Shown: piece by piece, positions 23,948 through 36,102 of the stretch
Layout of the letters: the number at the start of each line of letters is the position of its first letter
How positions within the stretch are numbered: position 1 is the first letter of the stretch
DNA from: Histomonas meleagridis 2922-C6/04-290x
Taxonomy: Eukaryota > Protista > Parabasalia
Length of the DNA: 64,000 nt
NCBI GenBank assembly: GCA_020184695.1
Contig: JAANOX010000061.1
Location: 310,001 to 374,000, forward strand
Reading direction: 5' to 3'
The notes under the pieces: model-generated
What the model was told of the DNA's origin: nothing
Seen by the model: the letters and a program-made list of their open reading frames with translations, nothing else
Databases searched by the model: none
Made by a program: the position numbers and the translations under genes

Positions 23948-24544
23948 ATGGAAAACCCTTTTCACTTTGGACTCAAAGTTGCAGTAATTGGTCAATCCGT
24001 CGAGCTTGTTCGTAAGTTTGTTGAATCCGTTCCTGGAGTTGAGATGGATCCATCTGAAACATTCCATTTTCTTAAAGTTTTTACATTTCCTCTATACATT
24101 TCAGATAGTATTATTCTTCGTATCGACTTGTGGGCTCTCCCAGAAGATGTAAAACAAAAAGGTGATGCTCAACTTCTTTGTTGTGATGCTTCTATTGTTT
24201 TTTATATTGCTTCAACAGAAAGTGATATGCTTTCACTTCTTTCAGTTTTCCATCGTGATGTAAGGGCAGCAAATAGTCAGTGTCTTTATATTTGTTGTGG
24301 AAATCTTTCAGAAGGTTCATTAAATGCTTTAGGAAAAGCAAGCGGATTTGAGGTTCAAAAGGTTGAAAACATGGATCCCGAAAACATTGCACATGTGTTT
24401 AAATCGGCTATTGTCTCAATTATAAATCAAATTCCAAATCCACCAGATCCTGTTTTTTTCTTACACAAAAACATAAAACTTGGTTCACTACTTATACAAG
24501 ATCCTTTATATCTCAAATCACTACGACCCAATTTTCCTCAATAA
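23948..24544 (+). CDS. Hypothetical protein with degenerate small-GTPase-like fold
   Basis: LKVAVIG..., LRIDLWALPED, DASIVFYI follow the Ras-fold strand order, but GKT/DxxG/NKxD are lost. Confidence 0.45.
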   Translation: MENPFHFGLKVAVIGQSVELVRKFVESVPGVEMDPSETFHFLKVFTFPLYISDSIILRIDLWALPEDVKQKGDAQLLCCDASIVFYIASTESDMLSLLSVFHRDVRAANSQCLYICCGNLSEGSLNALGKASGFEVQKVENMDPENIAHVFKSAIVSIINQIPNPPDPVFFLHKNIKLGSLLIQDPLYLKSLRPNFPQ

Positions 24545-24976
24545 ACATGTTAAATTCCAAATTTACATATGTAAATTTCTTTTTCTTTAAGCTTAAGATT
24601 TTTCTAAGATCCTTCGCCACATGATCGTGAATAATAGCATACTTCAAAAAAATTTTGCATTATTTTAAGAATATAAGAATGTACATCAAAACATTAAAGA
24701 GATTTACTTTTACTTCACGGACATTAGGCTTTGCATACTGTTTGTGACCTTCTCAATTTAAGATATTTTATTTAAACTTAGTGTTAATCGCAATTTGCAA
24801 TAATTTCCTACATAAAATCGTACGACATAACTTTTTAAATGCTGATAATAAACTATAGAATACATGATAAAGCATCGAAAACACATGACAGTTTTTGATC
24901 GGTATATATTGAAAAAGAGAACAATAATTATTAAAAAGTCATTTTAATGACCAACTCAGAAATATTTTGGAAAAAT

Positions 24977-27900
24977 TCATAACCACTTTTTCAATATACT
25001 AGTGATTATTGAAGTCACAGTTCGAGAACTGGATACATTATGAGAATTAATCAATGAGACAATTTCATCATATCCTTTTTGTGAAGCATACATAAGTGCT
25101 GTCATAAATAATTTCTGTAATTTCCATATATTATTTTAGAATCATAAAAAACAAAAAATTACATCAAATGAAATAAACAAATATTTGTAGCATTGATATC
25201 AATTCCTTCCTTTTGAAGAATTAATGTTACGATATTTGTATAACCATAATTAGCTGCCATTATAAGAGCTGTATAAAATAATGTTTATAATTTCCAAATA
25301 TTATTGTGAAATACCAAATTATTTTATGTAATTATATATAAAATAAATTAATTGATTTAGCATTAATATTAATTCTTTTATGATTAATAAGTAATTCAGC
25401 AATATCTAGATGACGATTCTCAAGTGCTAAGAAAAGCGCAGATTTAAATAATGTAAACAACCTCTAAATAATCATTTAAAACCCTAAATAATTGGAAAAA
25501 AATTTAAATAAAATAAATTAACATTTTCAACATTGACATCAATTCCTTCTTTTTGAAGAAGTAATTCAACAATTTTTGTATGACCTTGAAATGCTGCAAA
25601 AGTAAGTGCCGAATTACGAAATTTAAATTATTTCCAAATTTTTGTATGAAATTCCATATTTTAATGACAAATGTTATATAAAATAAAAAAACTGCTGTAG
25701 CATTAAAGTCAATTCCGTCTTGAGTAAGAAGTAATTCAACAATTTGAGTGTTACCATTCCAAGATGCTGACATAAGTGCAGTTCCAAATAATTTGAATAA
25801 TTTCCAAATATTATTTTGGAATATAAAATTATTAAAATAAATAATAAATAAAATAAATAAATATCATTAGCATTAATATCAATTCCTTTTTGTTCAAGAA
25901 GTATTTGAACTATTTCTGTATGACCATTTTCTGATGCATACATAAGTGCTGTATAAAATAATTTAAATAATTTCCAAATATTATTTTGAAGTTTTGTATG
26001 ACTAAAATATATATCAAATGAAGTGTATAAATATTTTGTGCATTAATGTCAATTCCTTCTTGTTCAAGAAGTAATTTGACTATTTCTATATGACCATTTT
26101 TAGATGCAAGCATAAGTGCTGTCCAAAATATTTTGAATAATTTCCAAATATTATTTTGAATTTTCAAATTATTGAGAAAAGTTTCATATATAAAAAATAT
26201 GTGTTTTTAGCATTGATATTAATATTATCATGATTGAGAATTCTTTTAACAAGTTCAAAAATTCCATCTCGAGATGCATTAAAAAGCATTTTATTATTCG
26301 CATATATTATTTTGATACTTCAAAATAATGAATTAAGTTTCGAATTAAACAAGATAACATTTTCATCAATAATTTCAATGCCTTCTTGTGTAGAGAATAA
26401 ATTTGTAATTTTTGTATGTCTTCTATTAGATGCCCACGTAAGTGCTGTAAAGTATGGTTTGAATAATCTCCAAATATTATTTTGAAATATTAAATTATTA
26501 AAATAAATATTGAAAATAACAAATAAACATCTTTAGCATTAATATCAATTCCTTCTTGCTCAAGAAGTAATTGAACTATTTCTGTATGACCTTTTTCAGA
26601 TGCTAAAATAAGTGCTGTTTTAAATAATTTGAATAATTTCCAAATTTTATTTTGAAACATCAAATTATTAAAATAAATATTAAAAATAACAAATAAACAT
26701 CTTTAACATTAATATCAATTCCTTCTTGTTCAAGAAGTAATTGAACTATTTCTGTCTGACCTTTTTCAGATGCTAAAATAAGTGCTGTTTTAAATATTTT
26801 AAATAATTTCCAAATATTATTTTGAAACATCAAATTATTAAAATAAATATTAAAAATAACAAATAAACATCTTTAACATTAATATCAATTCCTTCTTGTT
26901 CAAGAAGTAATTGAACTATTTCTGTCTGACCTTTTTCAGATGCTAAAATAAGTGCTGTTTTAAATATTTTAAATAATTTCCAAATATTATTTAGAAATTT
27001 TAAATTATTAAAATAAATTTTAAACAAAATAAATAAACATCTTTAACATTAATATCAATTCCTTCTTGTTCAAGAAGTAATTTAGCTATTTCTGTACGAC
27101 CATTTTGGGATTCATGCATAAGTGCTGTTTGGAATAATTCAAATAACTTCCAAATATTTTTTTGAATTATTAAAATATTAAAACATATTTTAAATGAAAC
27201 GAATAAACATCTTTAACATTAATATCATTTTCTTCTTGTTCAAGGAGTAATTTAACTATTTCTGTATGACCATTTTTAGATGCTAACATAAGTGCTGTCC
27301 AAAATATTTTCAATAATTTCCAAATATTATTTTGAATTATTTAATTACACAAACAAACATCAAATAAAATAAGTAAAAATCTTTAGCATTGATATTAATT
27401 CTTTCTTGTTCAAGGAGCAATTTGACGATTTTAATATGATCATTTTTTGATGCAATTATTAACGCTGTTTGGAACAATATAAATAATTTCCAAATATTAT
27501 TTTGAAACATAAAATTATTAAAATAAATATTAAATAAAACAAATAAATATTTTCAGCATTAACATCAATTCTTTCTTGTTCAAGAAGTAATTTAACTATT
27601 TCTGTATGACCATTTGAAGATGCAATTATAAGTGCTGTTTTAAATATTTTAAATAATTTCCAAATATTATTTTGAAATATCAAATTTTTAAAATAAATGA
27701 AAAACAAAATAATAAAATATCAAGTTCATCAACATTAGTTCTTTCATCTTCAAGAAGTAATTTAACGATTTCAAAATTGCCATTCCGAGCCGCATAAAAC
27801 AATAATGTTCGAATTAACAAAAATATTTTCCAAATATTTTATTATATGATAAAATTATTAAAATATATGTTAAATAAAATTAATTAACATTCTCCATATC

Positions 27901-30878
27901 AACATCAATTCCTTTTTGCTCAAAAAGTAATTTAAAGATATCCACAAAGCCATTTTTAGCTGCAAACATAATTGCTGTTTCTAATAATTTGATCAATTTC
28001 CAAATATTATTTTGAAATATCAAATTATTAAAATAAATTTTGTTTTTAGTATTAATATCAATTCCTTCTTGCTCAATAAGTAAATTGATTGTTTCAAAAT
28101 AACCATTTTTAGTTGCCATTATCAGTGCTGTTTCTAATAATTTGATTAATTTCCAAATATTATTTTGAAATATCAAATTATTAAAATAAATTTTGTTTTT
28201 AGCATTAATATAAATTCCTTCTTGCTCAAGAAGTAATTTAACTGTTTCTGTATGACCACGATAAGATGCTTCAATAAGTGCTGTATAAAATAATTTAAAT
28301 AATTTCCAAATATTATTTCTAAATATCAAATTATTAAAATAAATTTTGTTTTTAGCATTAATATCAATTCCTTCTTGCTCAAGAAGTAATTTAACTGTTT
28401 CTGTATGACCACGATAAGATGCTAAAATAAGTGCTGTATAAAATAATTTAAATAATTTCCAAATATTATTTCTAAATATCAAATTATTAAAATAAATATT
28501 ATCTTTAGCATTTATATCAATTCCTTCTTTCTCAAGAATTAATTCAACTAATTGTTTATTATTATATTCAGATGCAATCATTAAAATTGTTCGAAATAAC
28601 TTGATTAATTTCCAATAATTATTAAAAAATACTATAATATTCAAATAAATTTTAGGAAAAACAACAAAACACTTTTGGTATTAATATCGATTCCTTCTTG
28701 TTTAATAAGCAACTTCACTATTTCAAAATTATAATTTTCATATGCAATAAAAAGAGCTGTTATAAATTAATATAATATTTTCCTTAAACTATGTTGGAAT
28801 ACGAAATTAATAAAATTAACTTTGAATTAATTGAAATAATATTTTTAGTATTGATATCAATACCTTCTTGTTCAAGAAGTAATTTTACTATTTCTGTATG
28901 ACCATTATAAGATGCATCTATTAATGCTGTATTAAATAATTTGTATAATTTCCAAATATTATCATATTACATAAAATTATTGAAAAATGCATCAGAACAA
29001 GAAAATAAATATTTTTAAAATTGATATCAATTCCGTCTTGCTCAAGAAGTAATTTCGCTATTTCAGTGCAACCATTTTCAGCTGCTAAAATTAGAGGTGT
29101 TCTAAATATTCCAAATAATTTTTATATATTTTAATGAAATAGTAAATAATAATAAGAAATACGGAATTTTATGCATAAATAGTTTGAATATTAATATCAA
29201 CTCCATCTTGTTCAAGAAAGAATGAGGCGATTTCAGCATTATTATTTCGACATGCATATAAAAATGATATTTCATATATTTTTATTGATTTCCAAATATT
29301 ATTTTGAAATAGAAAATCGTTAAGATAAATATAAAATAAAATTAATATATATCTTTAGCATTAATATCAATTCCTTTTTGTTCAAAAAGTAATTTAAATA
29401 TTTCTATATCACCTCTTGAAGATGCAATCATAAGTGCTGTTTTAAATAATTGAAATAATTACCAAATATTATTTTGAAACTGAAAATCGTTAAGATAAAT
29501 ATAAAATAAAATTAATATATATCTTTAGCATTAATATCAATTCCTTTTTGTTCAAGAAGTAATTTAACTACTTCATATGTACTATTTTTAACTGCATACA
29601 TAAGTATTGTTTCAAATAATTTAAAATTTCTCCGAAAATAAAAGCAAAACTTTAAAGTATTTAAAGAAAATTTAAATAATTTAAAATTATATCACTGTTA
29701 TTGATGTTAAATATTTTTTGTTCTAATATATATTTAACAAGTTCATGATTCCCTGATTCGATAGCTTTTAATAAAATATCATTTGGCATTTGATTATTTT
29801 CAAGAAAATATTTAACGAGATATAAATTCCCATCTTTTGCTGCTTGATTAATAATAATTTCATTGGCTTTTAATCCTTCTTTTTCTAGAAATGAAAATAT
29901 TTCAAAGTTTCCATTGTTAATACATAAAATTCCTAAATTATTGAGATCTTTAGTATTTTCATCTGATTTGTTTTCATAAATGTATTTAAATGCATCATTT
30001 CTATGAAATTCTATTGCTGCTTCAAATACACCTTCAAAGGGAATATTACTTTGTTCACATAAATGAATTATTTCCACATTTCCACCTGCAATTGCATGCT
30101 TCATTGTATGCGTCAAATCAGCATTATTCATAAGCAAAAATCTAAAACATTTAATAGCTCCAAAAAATGCTGCGTAATCAATAATGGTAACATCATGTTT
30201 ATTAAGAAATGAGCAGGTTTCATAAATTGAAGGTTTAATTATTTTATTAAAATTGAAATTTGCTTCTGATGTTATTTCCTGAAGTTTTTCATTATCATCA
30301 TTTCGAATTATTTTTGCAATTGCATCTGGATTATGTCCTTCTTCTATTAACCGCTTGTGAAGTTCCCAATCATTTCTTTTGATTTCATCAAAATTTTCAC
30401 TGAAAGAAAATTGGTCATTGAAACGATTGCGTTCATAATAATGTAAAAAATATCTCGTGGGAATATTCTTAATAACATTTTTATCGACCATATTTTGTTG
30501 AATCATTTTCTCTATGATATAATATGATTCGTATGTTTTAATTTTTAATATGTATCTTAGAAAATTTGTTATAACACTCGGATTATTGATATCAATTTCT
30601 TCTTCTTTTATTTGAATTAAATTTAAATAATTTAAATATATTTCAATCTTGTTTTTTTGTGAATGAAACGCAGAAAAAATAAATTTGCTTATGATTAAAT
30701 TAAATGAATTTGGGAAAAGTTCATCAAATATTTCCATTGTTTTTACAACAGAAAAATCAAGGTTATCATTCTTTAAATTAAATATGATTTCTTTAAGTGA
30801 GGCAAAGACCTTAACATTATCAAGGCAACCCTCAAATTCAATTTTTCCACTATCATCCATTTTTAAAAAAAATGTCAA
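24977..30878 (-). CDS. DUF3447-type ankyrin gene 2: head ORF 30878-29661, then 27 full modules and a terminal repeat, separated by 28 spacers
   Basis: Head with IDYAAFFGAIKCFRFLL/HAIAGGNVEIIHLCEQ. Modules start at 29610, 29440, 29270, 29100 ... 25272, all stop-free. Terminal repeat TALMYASQKGYDEIVSLI starts at 25102 and ends at TGA 24979-24977. Confidence 0.75.
25103..29690 (-). repeat. Periodic ankyrin module/spacer array (28 spacers)
   Basis: 23 spacers of exactly 80 nt, four of 63 nt (28500-27979) and one of 66 nt (26358-26293). Near-identical recent tandem copies at 26529-27038 and 28195-28437. Confidence 0.93.
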
Positions 30879-31440
30879 AATTGACAGCTTTGTCAGCTTT
30901 TAAAAAAAGGACGTTAACCTCCTTAAAAAATGCTCTTAACGAACTCCCAAAAATATCAGTCATTGGGTTCAATATATCATCATTTCTTTAAATGCTTATA
31001 TCCTAATTGAACGCAAATCAAATATATTCAATAATATGAGAGACACTAAAATACAAATTAAATTTTTTAAATCAAAAAAAGCTCTCTATAGAATTATTAA
31101 GCACCCCTTATGTACCTTAACTTCTCGTTTCAATTACACATTGAGTTATTTTTGTTGGATGGATCCATATATGATAATGTATATCTTAACATTTATATTT
31201 TTTCTATAACCTTTTCTTAACTTAGAATATAAATTCCTTAACGTTTGGAAGTATTTATATTCGAAAATAATAGTATATAAGATAAATCACAAATGATCAC
31301 TGATATGAAAATCATTTATTTTATTAAGTAAATTGTATTAAAATATTTGATATGTAAGTTTTTCATGTCTTTAATTTTTCGAAAAAGAAGTTTAAAATGC
31401 TATGTTTAATTAAATCGTGGAAGGATAAAAATGAATTGCT

Positions 31441-33363
31441 ATTTTGAATCTTTTTAATAATGCATTCAACAAATTTTGTTGTTTTCTGATTTTGGAAATA
31501 TTTTGGAGTTATGAAAGTGAAATAATTTTTAAAGTTTTAATGTAATTTCATTATTAATTTTTGTATAAAAAGAAATTTTATATATTATAAGCAATGATGA
31601 ATTCACAGTCGGAAAATTTATATAAATTGCTTAAGTAAAACAAAAAGATTAAATTTTTATTAGTTGTTAATACTTTTTTGTTTCTTTGCTTCTTTTCCTT
31701 TCATCAATAACAAAATCAATGTCAGTAAAGTAACCAACGAAATGAACACATTTGCAACCTTAAATATTACTATCACGTCAGCATCTTTTAATAACATCAA
31801 AATTATCGAAACACATGCAGAAGTTGGTACTCTCAATAATCCCAAGATATAACCACGCACATCTTTAGGGTAAGTATTAGCTCGAAGTATACGCATGAAA
31901 GTTCCTGCGCCCCCATCACTTATCGCAGCGATTACATAACATGTGAAAACAACATTTTTATTATCGAAAAAAATCACAATTCCATACATACAAAACGTAT
32001 AAAAAAGATAACAAATAAATAAAACATTTTTCTGTGAAAACATGTTTGAAAAAGCGCCGAATATCTGTGCTCCATTCATAAGCGCTAAACTACTTGTAGT
32101 ATTCATTTGTGACAACGGAAGTTTTTCCTTTTTATCAACTTGATGAATTCGTAACCAACGCGGTGTATATAATAAAACAAATGTATTATAAAGAAAATCA
32201 ATAAGTAAAACAAGCGTCAATTCTTTCGATTGTTGGATATGATGGAAAATAAGTTTAACCGCTTGTAAGTAACTTTGTTTACGTGTTTTGATTTCTTTGT
32301 TTTTAGTTTCAGGTAAAAAGAAATAAATTATTATCGAAGAAATGAAAAACATACATGTTGGCATCACAACGCTAATTTGAGAACTCTTGAAACCAAATCT
32401 AAGTATCTTTGATATACATATGAACCTTGAAATGTAAGTCCAAGAATAGTAACAAACAAAATGTCGGATCTGGAAATTATTGAGCTATGTTGATTTTTGC
32501 CTTTTAGATTTAAACCACTTAACTAACTTCATGATAAATAATTTTTATTATTCCAGAAATAATCTCATATACTACCAAACTCATGAGTACTTATATGACT
32601 TTACGTTTTTATCTCTTTCTTTCTCAATTTTTTAGTCTTCGACAATACATTATAACAAACTCACTAAAAATAATTAAAGCTATAAGAGTGTTCCAATAGT
32701 TACTATGGTGAGAATTAAAATATATCTTTGCTTGTCATTATTCTAGATGTTTTTGTGTGAAATGATATCTTAGGAGTTGATTTTTTTTTGAAGAAAAATA
32801 ATAACAAAATCAGAATATGAAAAATGTAAACTGCTTAAAAATGATCTTTCAGGAGTACGATACATATCGTTCATTTGAAATCAAAAAAGTTACATTTTAA
32901 TGACTGAAAGCACACAAACACTTGAATCAGAAAATGAAGCGAATAATACATCAACTAATAACCAATCTGTACATATGCAAAATTTGATTTCTTTAGAACA
33001 GGTTATATTTAATCTTACAGACCTTGAAATTTCTGTTGCAAAAAAACAATGAATTTATTTGATAAAGATTTTCCCTTTTACATTTTAATTATTGTATAAT
33101 TGTTTTAATTTATTCAGCATTTTCATCTCAAAGAGAATCAATCCAAACATATTTCAATTTTTTCAAGAAATTTAAACACAAGAAGAAGCAATTGTTCACA
33201 ACAATCCAAAAATTATTGAAATTTTTACTAATTATATATCAGAATTTAATACACAAGAGACATATTATATCATTGAAAAAATGATTGAAAATGAATTAAT
33301 TAATATAAATATTACCAATAACTTTCATACCAATTATTTTTCACATTATAAAACTGAAGAAGA
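31441..33363. repeat. Segmental duplication copy C
   Basis: Matches 11607-12521 and 12890-13073 (MFS gene) and 13815-15600. Confidence 0.9.
31660..32529 (-). pseudogene. Internally deleted, 5'-truncated MFSD5-like copy
   Basis: Same ~370-bp deletion junction (AAAAACAT/ACATGTTGGCATC) as copy B. Confidence 0.85.
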
Positions 33364-33660
33364 AAATAAGAAAAACGATTCTAAAGATTTATTCAATGAA
33401 AAATTTAAAAATAATTATGAAAAATTATCAAAGAATGATTGGGAACTTCATAAGCAATTAGTTAAAGAAGGAGTTAATCCGAATGAAATATCAAAAATCG
33501 AAAATGTTACATTAATTGATTTTGCAGCATTTTTTGGAGCAATTCAATGTTTTAAATATTTATTAATGAATAATGCAAAAGTCGAAAACACAGGTAAATA
33601 TGCAATTGCAGGTGGAAATCTTGAAATTATTTATTTATGTGAACAAAATCACAATATTAC
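32900..33660 (+). pseudogene. Frameshifted, internally deleted DUF3447-family head without ankyrin array
   Basis: MTESTQTLE start; NDWELHKQLVKEGVNPNEISKI joined directly to ENVTLIDFAAFFG; ends after EIIYLCEQN. Confidence 0.75.
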
Positions 33661-33942
33661 AAAAATCAACATCCAAGTTATGAAACAATTTCAAATTTTA
33701 TCTTTGTTTGTTGTTCATTTCAAAGAATTTGTACATCTACAATTATTTGAAAAACAGGTATTCTATTGGAACACGCCCAAAGCTATGAACCAAGGGTATG
33801 ATTTTAATTCTTAAATATAACAACTGGTCACCAAGATCTGGTTCACATTTGGTCGTTGTATAATCGTTATTGATAATTCAAATGAAACCGTTTTTTGCAC
33901 AGAAAATATTTTCTCTATTCAATTCGCAATTTATACAAAACT

Positions 33943-35358
33943 ATGAACTCTTTGCAGGGGAAAAATATCAACAGAATTACATTTGTTGAAAAATCTTTCG
34001 AAACAAAAGAGGCCACTATGTGGACAGGAATACTAGATGAAACAAAAGGTAAAGTTTCAATTAAAGTGATTCCAAAAATGACATCGAAAAAGGCACACCT
34101 TCAATTAAATAGTGTCAAACAGGAAATATCTGTTCTCCAGGAATCAACACATCCATTAATTTCAACCTTTATAACAAGTTTTGAAGATGAACAAAATTAT
34201 TACATATGCCAAGAACACCTTCCAACTAAAACTCTAACACAACATATACAAGAAAAAGGAACTCTTGCGGAAACAGACGCCCGTCACTTCTTTTGTGAGT
34301 TATTTGTTATCATTGAATATCTACATAAAAACAGAAAAATTTTCTTAAGAAGCTTAAGCACAGATAGTATTGTCATAGACGCAAACGACAACATTAGAAT
34401 TTTTGACTTTAGTGATTCTATAAAAATCGAAAAAGATTCTGAAATTTATCATGACGTATGCGGTCAAATTGAATACTCACCACCCGAAATGCTCAAAGAC
34501 CTAGGCTATTCCAAAGAAATTGATTTATGGTATTTAGCCGTCATCTTATATAAGATGGTAACTGGCTCACCACCATTCACAGGCAAAACTAACACCGAAA
34601 TTTCTGAACACATTAAGTACAAAGAAGCTCGCTTTCCACCAAATTTAAGTAATAGTCTAGTTGATCTTCTCAACCAAATGCTTCAAAAAAGCCCACTATC
34701 ACGGCCTTCCATTGATAACATCAAGAAGCATTCGTGGTTTTCCCTCACAGAGTATTTCCTAATTTCGCGCCTGAGCAAGGAGAAGCTAAGTTGGTCATCT
34801 GACATACTAACCGCCTATATCGGCGGCGGTTATCAAGAAAAACCGCTTCGAGACCAAATCGAAAGAAACGAATACGGATTTGAGCGAATTATCTATCAAA
34901 GCATCAAATCATCGCAAAAAGAGAAGTTTATCAAGGACACTCTTACAGGTGCAATACCAGTATCAACCAATAGTAATGTTATCAAGCGTCGTGCATCATT
35001 AATCACTAAATCTCCAACAAACTTAAATGCGCGTGAAGCATTTCCTAAAAGAGTTGTCGCACGACCAAAGGAACCGACAGAAAAAGAGCCATTTCCATCA
35101 TTTGCCAATAACAACAATAATAATAATAACGTTAATAAAGCACAAAATATTACTTTCACACACTCGGAGTCGGAACAGCCTTTGGCGGCTTTTCCAAAAT
35201 TCGCCGAAACAGCCCTAACACATGTGAAATCTTCTGGAAGATTTAACATGAAACCAAGAACGACTGTGCAAATCGGCGCAAGGAGGACTTCGATTTCGCC
35301 TTTGTCACCAAAGCAAACACTGATTAAGGGCGTAATGTTTGCTCCAAATGAAAGATAA
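33943..35358 (+). CDS. CAMK-family-like protein kinase, likely pseudokinase
   Basis: Kinase fold (VSIKVI, CGQIEYSPPE, DLWYLAVILY), but HRDLKxxN reads FLRSLSTDS and DFG reads DFS. Confidence 0.85.
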   Translation: MNSLQGKNINRITFVEKSFETKEATMWTGILDETKGKVSIKVIPKMTSKKAHLQLNSVKQEISVLQESTHPLISTFITSFEDEQNYYICQEHLPTKTLTQHIQEKGTLAETDARHFFCELFVIIEYLHKNRKIFLRSLSTDSIVIDANDNIRIFDFSDSIKIEKDSEIYHDVCGQIEYSPPEMLKDLGYSKEIDLWYLAVILYKMVTGSPPFTGKTNTEISEHIKYKEARFPPNLSNSLVDLLNQMLQKSPLSRPSIDNIKKHSWFSLTEYFLISRLSKEKLSWSSDILTAYIGGGYQEKPLRDQIERNEYGFERIIYQSIKSSQKEKFIKDTLTGAIPVSTNSNVIKRRASLITKSPTNLNAREAFPKRVVARPKEPTEKEPFPSFANNNNNNNNVNKAQNITFTHSESEQPLAAFPKFAETALTHVKSSGRFNMKPRTTVQIGARRTSISPLSPKQTLIKGVMFAPNER

Positions 35359-36102
35359 TTAAAAGAAAAAAAACGGAACTGTTTAAATGTGATAATAAAT
35401 AAACTAATTCCGAAAAGTTGTTTTTTTCCCGCTTATGAATAAGAAAACACTATTTTAATATAAACATTTTTATAAAAACATGTTCGTTTGATTTATGTGA
35501 ATATGAAATAATGTAAATAACAATGAGCATATAAAAATAAAATAATTAGAATAAACTATAAAAATGTTAATATATTCCAAATGCATTTTTGAAAAATACA
35601 CTCACGAATCATAACTTATATGAAAGAATTGTTTTGTTTATTAAATAGATTATAATTTTTTATGATTTCTAAAGCATTGAAGTAATTACATAATTAAACT
35701 ACAATTTCTTGTCATCCTAATTACTAGTTTTATTCATTTAATCTACGATCAATCATTAATTTTAATAAATACATCGACAAAATCTTATTTATTAATATTA
35801 ATATTAATAAAAATCTTGGAGATAAAATCAGAAATTTTTAATACTTTTTACAGATCGGACAAAATAAAATAAATACTTTGTAATATTTTTAGATATGTTT
35901 CCGAAAGAACCACGTGTTTTTATTTTTATTCAAGACAATTTTTTCCTTCAACATCATGAAGAAAATGTTGCCGATAAGAACAAAACGCCTTCTAACGATA
36001 AAAAAACCGAAATAATGATCACAAAAACTCGAAGGTGCTTTGTGTCGAGTTTTTGAATGGCAACGATAAATTCAAATTCAAAAAGCCGATAAAAACCAAA
36101 TA

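Noticed and set aside
2090-29690. A single fixed programmed ribosomal frameshift or codon-matched hop through the spacer
   Set aside because: Stops at codon +2 (2093, 3765) and codon -3 (3490, 28769) cannot both be avoided by one shift position. Landing on the ATT before TGG hits stops (2489, 3490).
25103-29690. CRISPR-like array
   Set aside because: The conserved part encodes ankyrin repeats and the variable positions follow codon structure; the context is eukaryotic and has no cas genes.
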